Below, piece by piece: positions 49,537-58,118 of a DNA stretch of 64,000 nt. Below the pieces are notes generated by a model that was not told where the DNA came from, did not search any database, and saw nothing but the letters and a program-made list of their open reading frames with translations. A program made the translations under genes and the position numbers. The stretch's first letter is position 1, and each line of letters starts with the position of its first letter. The stretch is from an uncultured delta proteobacterium (GTDB taxonomy: Bacteria > Desulfobacterota > Desulfobacteria > Desulfobacterales > UBA2156), in the NCBI GenBank assembly GCA_963736855.1, contig CAVTQK010000015.1, positions 1-64,000 on the forward strand. The letters are read 5' to 3'.

Positions 49537-51940
49537 TCAATTCCGTAAGGGTTTCCCGGTCTTGAGCATGTGTTCCACCCGGGCATGGGTTTTCGGCTCT
49601 TTCCAAAATTTAACGAAGGCTTCCCGTTCCAAAGCGAGGATGACGTCGTCCAAGACTTCTCCCTTGTCGCGGACATCTCCGCCGCTGATGACGCGGGCGA
49701 TATGCCGGGCGAGGAAAACATCATAGTCGGAAATAAATCCGCCCTGGGACATGTTGAAAAGCTCTGCGTTGGCCATTCCCTGTCCGGCCATTCCCATAAC
49801 TTTCACCGGACGCTTTAGTGGCGGTGTGTACCCCTCGAAAGCCATTTTGGCCGCCTCTTTTTTAGCCTCTCCGATGAGGTAATCTTTATTGAAAACGATG
49901 CGGTCGTTGGGTCCAAGAAATCCGATGCCCCTGGCATCGGCGGCCGAAGTGGAAACCTTGGCCGTGGCGATAGTGGTGAAGGCGGAAACGAAAAAGCGCC
50001 CCAGTTCGATATTGGTAACCGATTCCGGAATGCCGGAAATGATTTTGCGCCACAGATTCAGACACCCGCCGCCGGCCGGGAGGAGTCCCACGCCGAACTC
50101 CACCAGTCCCATATAGAGATCCGCATGGGCCACGATCCGGTCCGCGGAAAGGCAGAGTTCGCAGCCGCCTCCCAAAGTCAGCCCGTAAGGCGCCGCCACA
50201 ACAGGGAAGGGCGCATATCTGGCCCTCTGGAGCACATCCTGAAATTTTTTTACAACTTCTTCGATGACCTGGAATCGGCCCTGCATGGCCAATTGGGCCA
50301 TCAGAAAAAGATCCGCGCCCGCTGAAAAAGCCCCCGGCATGCCTCCGGCCTGGTTTCCGATGACCAGCCCCACCCCGTTCTGATCCACATGGTCGATGCT
50401 GAAATCCAACATCTCGATGATTTCATCGTTGATGGCATTCATCTTGGTGTGGAACTCGCAGCAGAAAACGCCGTCCCCTAAATCCACGAGGGTGGCTGAC
50501 GGACAGGAGCGGACGATCCGATCGGCGGCTTTGAGGTTCTTCAAGTAAGACGATGCTCGGGCTGACGCGAACCGGTTTGTAGCCGTTTGTGGAAAAGTCA
50601 TAATATTGAAGGTTGCCGTCCTCAAGTCGGTAGAAGGATTCGACGCCGGATCGGATCATCTTTTTGATCTTTTCCGGAACGGTAAAACCCTCTTGTTCCA
50701 TTCTATCCACGGATTCTTTCAGACCCACGGCGTCCCACTGCTCGAAGGGACCCATTTCGAAATTAAATCCCCACTTCATGGCATTGTCGATCTCGATGAT
50801 GGTGTCCGCAATTTCCGGGATCCGGTTGGCGGCATAAATCCACCCATTGGCTACTACTTTCCAGGCAAATCGCGCTCCGGCATCTTCTCCGAAAAGGATC
50901 GCCTTCATCTTGTCGGCAAGGGTTTGGGATTTATTGGCCTCGGCAAGGCAGGGAAAGACCGGTGGTTCGAATTCCTCATACTCGAAGGTGTCAGGGTTTA
51001 AAACCCTGGTAATTTTTTTCCCTTGGGGCGTCTTTTCGGTTTTATAAAAACCGCTTTCTGTCTTGTTTCCGAAGAGTTTGCGACGGATCATTTCCTGTAC
51101 AAAGGCCGGAAGGACATAGCTTTCCCGATCCTCGTCATCTCTTACCATATCGTAGGTGTTTTTAGCGATGAGTCCCAGAGTGTCGATTCCTACGAGGTCC
51201 GAAAGCCGGAAAAGCGCAGTCTTAGGCCTTCCTAAAGCCGGTCCGAATAGGGCATCCACATCTTGAATCTGAAAGCCCTCATGCACCATAAGATTGAGAG
51301 CCTTGAGAAGGCCCTGGACACCGATCCGGTTGCCAACAAAATTGGGGGTGTCCTTGGCCCATACGATCCCTTTTCCTAGAATCCTCTCCCCGAAATCCGA
51401 CACAAACGCCAGGATCTCCGGCAAGGTGGCTTCGCCAGGGATGATCTCCAAAAGCTTCATATACCGAACCGGGTTGAAAAAGTGAGTCCCCAGAAAGTGC
51501 TTCTTGAAGGCTTGGCTCAGACCTTCCGAGATGGCTTTCAAGGGGATTCCCGATGTGTTGGTGGAGACGATGGCATCGGGGTTTTTCACCTTTTCGATGC
51601 GCTGAAACAGTTCCCTTTTGACCTTCAGATTTTCCACCACCACCTCGATGATCCAGTCACAATCGGAAAGTTTGGAAAAATCGTCCTCCAAGTTTCCGAT
51701 ACGGATCCGATCCGCATCTTTGGGGGTCATAAAGAGAGGCGGAACGGATGAAAGCGCTGCCTGAAGGCCGTTTTTAACAATCCTGTTCCTTGCGACCGGG
51801 TCGTTTTTTTCGGAGTCTTTCAAATCTGGTGGGACGATGTCCAAAAGTAGAGTTTTCATGCCGGCGCCGGCGAAGAGAGCCGCAATGCCGCCCCCCATAA
51901 TACCGGAACCGATGACTGCAACCTGCCTTATTCTTCTCAT
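49537..51940 (-). pseudogene. fadN: FadN-type 3-hydroxyacyl-CoA dehydrogenase / enoyl-CoA hydratase split by a +1 frameshift (real or sequencing error)
   Basis: 5' ORF (GSGIMG, HFFNP, DTPNFVGNRIG) and 3' ORF (FHTKMN, GGGCE, GLVEFGVGLLPAGGG, KPLRN) join near 50543-50548. Total length is 2404 nt (3n+1). Confidence 0.85.
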
Positions 51941-51987
51941 CTTAAAAATCCTCCTCCAAACGGGTGAAACGGATCAAAGGAAAAAAG

Positions 51988-52005
51988 TGAATGAATATTC
52001 ATTCA
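51988..52005. promoter_or_regulatory. Perfect 18-bp palindromic operator (FadR/YsiA-type box) upstream of fadN-fadA
   Basis: TGAATGAATATTCATTCA, 47 nt before the fadN start. Confidence 0.8.
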
Positions 52006-52250
52006 TTTATCAAGGCCTATCGGTTGTTGTCAAGGAAAAATCCGCCTCTCTTTCAAACGCATCTTTGCCTAAATGAGGCACTTATCGGCTTTCGGCTGGT
52101 TAATCGGATGATTGCAGACAGATGAAATTTGAATCTACCGTCTATGGCTTTAGAAATCCGGGGTCTTTTGGACTCAAATGAAAAAGCGAGTTCCGTTTCG
52201 ACCCGAATCTATAACCGATAATCGATACCAAACCATGGTATGCTACAAAA

Positions 52251-52268
52251 TGAATGAATATTCATTTC
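52251..52268. promoter_or_regulatory. Second copy of the fad operator
   Basis: TGAATGAATATTCATTTC, 16 of 18 positions identical to 51988-52005. Confidence 0.65.
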
Positions 52269-52276
52269 CTAGAAGA

Positions 52277-52384
52277 TCAAAAGATCCATTTTTTGAAGAT
52301 ATCGAGAATCACCTCCCGTCGGATGGGTTTGGAAATGTAGTCGTTCATTCCGGCTTCCAGGCACCGATCCCGGTCCCTTTTAAG
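52277..52384 (-). pseudogene. C-terminal remnant of a hybrid-kinase receiver domain
   Basis: Manual translation LKRDRDRCLEAGMNDYISKPIRREVILDIFKKWIF*; no upstream part of the gene. Confidence 0.7.
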
Positions 52385-52580
52385 GATCACAAGATGACAT
52401 GGCGAGATGACGGAGGCGCTTTACAAGCGCATAAAGATATGGAATACTCTTACCTAAGTTGATCGTTTTCAATTTGGCAAAAAAGAATTGTGTTTGAATA
52501 TCTTTGTGTTGGAACGGAGTTGACTCTTCCGATTGCCCACCCGTCGGGTGTACCATAAAAGGCATGCAGTGGAATGATTT

Positions 52581-52720
52581 GCCAAATTGAAAACCCTTTG
52601 GGATTTCCGATTTAACCGCATCTGCTACGTTGCCGAAAGCTCGACGTACGAACTGTACGCCTTCGCTTCCGGACGCCTTGCATCTGCGGCAAATTCGAAA
52701 ATCGCTCAATTTAGGGGTCT
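52581..52720. repeat. Structured repeat sharing the internal core of the family A MITEs but not their ends
   Basis: CATCTGCTACGTTGC...CGACGTAC-loop-GTACGCCT...GACGCCTTGCATCTG inside a long imperfect inverted repeat. Confidence 0.7.
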
Positions 52721-52764
52721 TATAAAAACAGAACGAACGACGAATCGAAACGAACCGAAGAACT

Positions 52765-53106
52765 ATGGCAGACGTCAATGACATCGTCTTGATCCACCTG
52801 GAGGATAAACCCATCTCCTTTGCGCGAATCGAACGCATCGATCCGGACATCAAGCCCGGGTGGTTTAAGATAAAGTTCTTTTTGCTCCAAATTCCCCTGC
52901 AAAGCGTGGTTTGGATCCTTCGCGCCGCCTACATCAACGGCACCGAGTTCACCATGTCGGGAAAGCGGATGCGGATCGAACGGGTGGTCTGCCCCGAAGA
53001 GGATGTTTTTCCTGCCGATGAATCCCCGAAAACCAAGCTTGATAAAGAGTCCAGAGCCGGTGATGCCAAAGTCATCGACATGAGATCCCTTCTGAAAAAA
53101 CGATGA
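52765..53106 (+). CDS. Hypothetical protein
   Basis: 113-aa ORF with globular composition; ATGA overlap with the next gene. Confidence 0.7.
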   Translation: MADVNDIVLIHLEDKPISFARIERIDPDIKPGWFKIKFFLLQIPLQSVVWILRAAYINGTEFTMSGKRMRIERVVCPEEDVFPADESPKTKLDKESRAGDAKVIDMRSLLKKR

Positions 53107-53987
53107 CCGGCGGACATGAACAACGGGTTCTTTCCGCCTCCCGACGGACGGATATCCCGGCCTTTTATATGGACTGGTTCATGGATCGCCTCCGAAAAAA
53201 GACCTTCGAGTCGGTGAATCCTTTCAACGGTCGGATATCCGTCATTCCGGCTACATCGGAGACGGTTCACACCGTTGTCTTCTGGTCGAAAAATTTCGAT
53301 CCTTTTCTATCAGGCGGATATGGTCGGCGCCTCAACGAACAGGGTTTTAACCTCTTTTTCAATTTCACGGTCAATTCGGAGGCACCTTTCTTAGAACCGA
53401 AGGTTCCGCCTTTAAAAGAACGTTTGAAACAATTGGATGCACTTTGCGATCGGTTCGGCCCGGGATGCGTCACTTGGCGGTTTGATCCGGTTTGCTGGTT
53501 TGTGAACGGGAATGACATCGTGAAAGATAACCTGACCGACTTCGAAAGGATCGCCGAGCGCGCGATAAAAGCCGGCGTTCGGCGATGCATCACCAGCTTT
53601 ATGGACACCTATCCCAAGATCCAAAAACGGATAGCTCAAAAAGGTTCGCCGATGGCCGGTTTTACATTCATCGATCCGCCCATGGAAAAAAAGATCGCTG
53701 TTCTTTCTGACATGGAGAGGATCCTGGAAAGATCAGACATGCAGCTTTTAACCTGTTGCGAAGAAGAGATCCTGGAGGCGATGCCTCAGGGTTCCCGCAC
53801 CCGCAAAGCCTCGTGCATCCCCAACGATCTGCTTATGAAGCTTTACGGCGGCTGTCTTTCCACAAAAAGAGATTCCGGCCAACGGATCCGGAACGGCTGC
53901 GGGTGTATGGTCTCGGTGGACGTCGGGTCTTATCGGATGCATCCGTGTTTTCACGGATGCATGTTTTGCTACGCCAATCCGGCATAA
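53103..53987 (+). CDS. DUF1848 family protein
   Basis: SASRRTDIPAFY, VFWSKN, WRFDP, C-terminal DVGSY...CFHGCMFCYA. Confidence 0.88.
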   Translation: MTGGHEQRVLSASRRTDIPAFYMDWFMDRLRKKTFESVNPFNGRISVIPATSETVHTVVFWSKNFDPFLSGGYGRRLNEQGFNLFFNFTVNSEAPFLEPKVPPLKERLKQLDALCDRFGPGCVTWRFDPVCWFVNGNDIVKDNLTDFERIAERAIKAGVRRCITSFMDTYPKIQKRIAQKGSPMAGFTFIDPPMEKKIAVLSDMERILERSDMQLLTCCEEEILEAMPQGSRTRKASCIPNDLLMKLYGGCLSTKRDSGQRIRNGCGCMVSVDVGSYRMHPCFHGCMFCYANPA

Positions 53988-54033
53988 TGGTCATTTAAGC
54001 CCTTTTTAATTATTTTAACGCCAGGGAGAATCC

Positions 54034-55164
54034 GTGATGAAAAAAGAAACCCTTTGTGTACACAGCGGAACATATCATGATTCAGCTACTCGGGGAGTGA
54101 ACACCCCTATCTACACCTCGTCTTCCTATGAATATCTCGACCGCCAAGAGTGCCCTTATCCCCGATATTTCAATACGCCGAACCAGGAAGTGGTGGTAAA
54201 AAAAATGTGCGCCCTGGAACATGCCGAGGCCGGACTTCTTTTCAGTTCAGGCATGGCCGCCATCAGCACTTCGGTGCTTGCCCTTGCCGGCGTCGGGGAT
54301 CACGTCATTTTGCTGGACGATCTCTATGGTGGCACCCATGCTTTTGCCACGGGTGAGTTTCAACGATTGGGTATCGAGTATTCTTTCGTCGAAACCGATG
54401 CGAAGGCCATATTCAAGGCGCAAAAAAAGAATACCAGAGTTATTATCATCGAGTCACCCACCAATCCGCTGCTCAAGGTTCTTGATATCCGGAAAGTGGC
54501 CGATTTTGCGCGCAAGGAGGGGATTGTCACGATTATAGACAACACCTTCGCCACGCCCATCCACCAGAACCCCATTCTCATGGGAATCGACATCGTAGTG
54601 CACTCCGGCACCAAATACCTGGGAGGTCACAGTGATATCTGTTGCGGATTTGTCCTGACCAGTTCCGAAAAAGCGGCGCGGATCCGTTCGATGGCGCTTT
54701 GTCTGGGCGGCAGTTTGAACGCAATGACCGCATCTCTGATGGAGCGCAGCATCAAGACTTTGGCCATCCGTGTGCAGCGGCAGACGGAAAATGCCGAAAA
54801 AATTGCAGTCTTTTTAAGCGATCATCCAGCCATAGAAAAGGTGAACTACCCCGGTCTTCCCGATTTTCACGGCCATGAGATCGCTAAAACCCAGATGGCG
54901 GGTTTCGGGGCCATGCTCTCTTTTGAAGTAGATGTAAAACGGGTCCAGCCGGAGATTTTTGTCAGGCGGCTTGCCCTGATCCGACCCGCCGTCAGCCTTG
55001 GAGGGATCGAAAGCCTCATTTGTTCGCCCGCTTTGACTTCCCATGTCAAGATGTCTGTCGCAGAGCGTCAGCGGGTCGGCATCACCGATTCCCTGTTCCG
55101 GCTGTCGGTAGGGATCGAGGATGCTCAGGATCTTAGGGACGACCTCGATCAGGCGCTGCGATAA
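54034..55164 (+). CDS. Cys/Met metabolism PLP enzyme (cystathionine beta/gamma-lyase family)
   Basis: SSGMAAI, ESPTNP, DNTFATP, HSGTKYLGGHSD, RLSVGIED. Confidence 0.9.
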   Translation: MMKKETLCVHSGTYHDSATRGVNTPIYTSSSYEYLDRQECPYPRYFNTPNQEVVVKKMCALEHAEAGLLFSSGMAAISTSVLALAGVGDHVILLDDLYGGTHAFATGEFQRLGIEYSFVETDAKAIFKAQKKNTRVIIIESPTNPLLKVLDIRKVADFARKEGIVTIIDNTFATPIHQNPILMGIDIVVHSGTKYLGGHSDICCGFVLTSSEKAARIRSMALCLGGSLNAMTASLMERSIKTLAIRVQRQTENAEKIAVFLSDHPAIEKVNYPGLPDFHGHEIAKTQMAGFGAMLSFEVDVKRVQPEIFVRRLALIRPAVSLGGIESLICSPALTSHVKMSVAERQRVGITDSLFRLSVGIEDAQDLRDDLDQALR

Positions 55165-55269
55165 AAGTCCTCAAACAAGTCATCCGCGAAAAGAAGAAAA
55201 GTGTTTGAAAATGCCCTGCATAATAACGGATCCAAAAGGGATGGAATGAACCCGGTGGTCGTGTTTAAA

Positions 55270-56277
55270 ATGACCATCGGATCGGTGCATTTGGAAAACC
55301 CTTTCGTTTTGGCGCCCCTTGCCGGAATTTCCAGCCTTCCTTTGCGCCTGATGGCAAAAGAGTGGGGTTGCGCATTGGTGTGCTCCGAGATGATCAGTGC
55401 CCAGGGCCTGGTCAGAGACAAGCGACGATCCATGAAAGTGCTGCAAAGCGACCCCAGAGAAAAGCCTCTTTCCGTTCAGATTTTCGGAGCAGATCCGGAT
55501 ATCATGGCCGAAGCCGCCCGGATCGTAGCGGATGCAGGAGCCGATATCCTAGACGTCAACTTCGGATGTTCCGTGAAAAAAGTGATCAAGACCGGAGCCG
55601 GCGTGGCCTTGATGCGGGAACCGAAACGGGCAGAGGCCGTTATCCGATCGGTTCGGAACGCCGTCCGAATCCCGCTTAGCCTCAAGATCCGTTCAGGTTG
55701 GGATGCGGGGGGCGCTCAGGCGCTTCAAATCGCGGCCATCGCCGCATCACTTGGTGCGGACGCTGTGACCGTGCATCCCCGATCGGCTAATCAGGGATTC
55801 CGGGGTGCTGCCGACTGGTCCATCATACGGGCGGTGAAAGAAAGCATTTCCATCCCGGTCATCGGGAACGGGGATGTCTTTTCAGCTCAAGACGCTGTTC
55901 ATATGCTGGAGGCTACCGGTTGTGACGCGGTTATGATCGGCAGAGGCGCTGTCGGTAATCCCTGGATTTTTTCCCAGGCTTTGGACCTGTTGCAAGGAAA
56001 GAGCCCGCCGCCGGTTTCCATGGCGTTGCGGACGGAAGCGATGGAACGCTATGTCAGGGGGATGACCGAGTATCTTGGGGAAAAGCGGGCATGTTACATG
56101 CTGAGAAGCCGCCTGGATTGGTTTGTCAAGGGTATTCCCCATGCGGGCCGGTTCAGGGAGGCGATCAAGGCCATTTCATCGGAAGCCGAAGCGATGGAAG
56201 TCATCCGTTCCTTCGGGATCCAGGCTCAAGCATCTTCCGGAGTCGATCTCAGTTCGGAAGGCCTACCCCTTTCCTAA
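55270..56277 (+). CDS. dusB: tRNA-dihydrouridine synthase
   Basis: LAPLAG, QIFG, DVNFGC, VIGNGDV, VMIGRGAVGNPW. Start uncertain. Confidence 0.9.
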   Translation: MTIGSVHLENPFVLAPLAGISSLPLRLMAKEWGCALVCSEMISAQGLVRDKRRSMKVLQSDPREKPLSVQIFGADPDIMAEAARIVADAGADILDVNFGCSVKKVIKTGAGVALMREPKRAEAVIRSVRNAVRIPLSLKIRSGWDAGGAQALQIAAIAASLGADAVTVHPRSANQGFRGAADWSIIRAVKESISIPVIGNGDVFSAQDAVHMLEATGCDAVMIGRGAVGNPWIFSQALDLLQGKSPPPVSMALRTEAMERYVRGMTEYLGEKRACYMLRSRLDWFVKGIPHAGRFREAIKAISSEAEAMEVIRSFGIQAQASSGVDLSSEGLPLS

Positions 56278-57233
56278 TCGATGCCGACTGAACTTCCCTC
56301 TACGAAAGGACCCCCGGAGATGATACGGGCCGTGGATGTGTCCGAATCCAAATTCATGATTTTAATCTGACCCACCGGTTTTCCAGGGAGGATGAATCGC
56401 TGGCCGCCGATACCCTGGACGATCGAGCCTCTTTCGAAGACGGTGAGCAACGTTCCGATTTTCAGCCCCTCCCGTTTTCCAGAAGAGAGAAAAACCTTAT
56501 CCTCCTTGACGGAGGAGACGTATCCTCTCCAGGGAAGATCGTCGACGGCTTCACAAATCGCTCCGGCCATCTCTTCCGCGATCTGAAGCAGTGCCTGGCG
56601 GATTGGCGGAACTTCCGCACTTTTTACGGACCGGATCTGTTCGTAGGTGACTTCATCCACCTCGGTTTCGAAATAAAAGTCCTCGGATAAGATCTTGGTG
56701 CTGGTGAACGTATCAAAGACCTCGGCGTCGGCATGGGCCTGAAGAAGGTGGCGATCTCCTTTGAGCCAAAGGATGCCGCGTTTTTCGATTCGGATCCCGA
56801 TGCTTTGGATGCTGATTGAGGCGATAGTATTAAACCCCTGGCGTCTTCCTGACTCGGACAGTGAAAATACGTCAATGGGTTCGGATGCCTTTCGTGGTGC
56901 GGCCAGGGTTTTGTCGGATCCTAAAAGGTCCTTTCCGGTTTCCAGTAAGACCGCCGAGCATTTTCTGAGGATGGCCAACGACAACGGTTTTTGAAATGCG
57001 GTTTCCAAGGCTTCACCTTTAAGAACCGTCTTGTTGGTAAGGGGCAGAAGGGCCATGCGGATTTTCAAGGAGCCGGAGGAAGCGCTCAAGTCCCGGGCGA
57101 TCTTTCGGGTTGTTTTGTCCACCGTTGAACAACCGAAGAAACCGGCCACGAACAAGATCAGAAGGATTCCTGTAATTCCCGAGAAGCCTTTGAGGCCCCG
57201 AACGCCGTGATTAACGGCCACGCTGTTTTTCAT
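56274..57233 (-). CDS. Putative lipoprotein (CsgG/FlgT-like layout)
   Basis: Hydrophobic signal ending in FFGC; C-terminal PWRGYV...GKREGLKIG beta-rich domain. Confidence 0.6.
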   Translation of the reverse strand: MKNSVAVNHGVRGLKGFSGITGILLILFVAGFFGCSTVDKTTRKIARDLSASSGSLKIRMALLPLTNKTVLKGEALETAFQKPLSLAILRKCSAVLLETGKDLLGSDKTLAAPRKASEPIDVFSLSESGRRQGFNTIASISIQSIGIRIEKRGILWLKGDRHLLQAHADAEVFDTFTSTKILSEDFYFETEVDEVTYEQIRSVKSAEVPPIRQALLQIAEEMAGAICEAVDDLPWRGYVSSVKEDKVFLSSGKREGLKIGTLLTVFERGSIVQGIGGQRFILPGKPVGQIKIMNLDSDTSTARIISGGPFVEGSSVGID

Positions 57234-57618
57234 ATGCCGCCTTGACTCTGGTGGTGATGCCGCCTCGGGCGGTGAACTCTCCTGAGACCGCTATTTCTTT
57301 CGGGTGCAACCTTTCCACCAGATGGTTTAAAATGGAGTTGACGACGTGTTCATAGAAAATGCCGACATCGCGATATTGGAGCAGATAAAACTTCAAGGAT
57401 TTCAGCTCCACCAGTTTTTGATCCGGGATGTAGTTGATGGTGATTTTTCCGAAATCCGGAAGGCCGGTCATGGGGCAGACCGAGGTATATTCCGGTTGTT
57501 CGATGGTAATCTCGATATCCTTTCCGGCATACTGGTAATCGATGACATCCAAGAGATCGGCACGGACCGTCTCAGAGCCTTTGGCACGGTAGCTGAGTTT
57601 AGGATGTTTTCGAACCAT
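57211..57618 (-). CDS. queF: 7-cyano-7-deazaguanine reductase (type I)
   Basis: EYTSVCPMTGLPDF, VELKSLKFYL, ARGGI. Confidence 0.93.
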   Translation of the reverse strand: MVRKHPKLSYRAKGSETVRADLLDVIDYQYAGKDIEITIEQPEYTSVCPMTGLPDFGKITINYIPDQKLVELKSLKFYLLQYRDVGIFYEHVVNSILNHLVERLHPKEIAVSGEFTARGGITTRVKAAYEKQRGR

Positions 57619-57904
57619 ATGCTGTCTTCAACTCCGAAAAAAAGAGCTGTACCGCAGTTAAGGAAAGTATCCCCTCTTTTAGAGAAAATCCGTTTCCAAG
57701 TCAAATGATAACGGGGTGAAAAATAAAAACTGCATAGACCTGCTCCGACTTGCTCCTTGTTTTATCTGAAGCTGTTCGATTGACTTTAAAAAAACAACAT
57801 CCGGATGCAACCGGTCTTTTTTTGATTTGCTTGGAACTTTTTGACATTGCGTCGGAATCTTGATACCTAGAAATAGAAAAATCAATTGATAAAGGGGACA
57901 GTAT

Positions 57905-58081
57905 ATGGGAGAGACCCAGGAGTCGATAGTGTTGAAGACCGCCAAGGAAATTGTGGTGAAATTCATCGAAGTGGGCAGGGTTTCCCCCAATAATTTCAAC
58001 GAGGTCTTTAAAAGCATCTACCAAACCGTGAAAGAGTCGGTCCGGGGAATCGAGCAGGTATTGGAAGAAGACCAGGATTGA
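57905..58081 (+). CDS. 58-aa helical small protein (not in the ORF track)
   Basis: AAGGGG RBS; MGETQESIVLKTAKEIVVKFIEVGRVSPNNFNEVFKSIYQTVKESVRGIEQVLEEDQD*. Confidence 0.75.
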   Translation: MGETQESIVLKTAKEIVVKFIEVGRVSPNNFNEVFKSIYQTVKESVRGIEQVLEEDQD

Positions 58082-58093
58082 AGCGGCTCTGTT

Positions 58094-58117
58094 CCGGATA
58101 TTTCATGAAATATCCGG
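58094..58117. terminator. Perfect 24-bp palindrome between convergent genes
   Basis: CCGGATATTTCATGAAATATCCGG; no U tract. Confidence 0.5.
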
Positions 58118-58118
58118 G

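Noticed and set aside
57619..57900. preQ1 riboswitch upstream of queF
   Set aside because: No recognisable preQ1 stem with an A-rich tail was found by eye; an Rfam scan would be needed.
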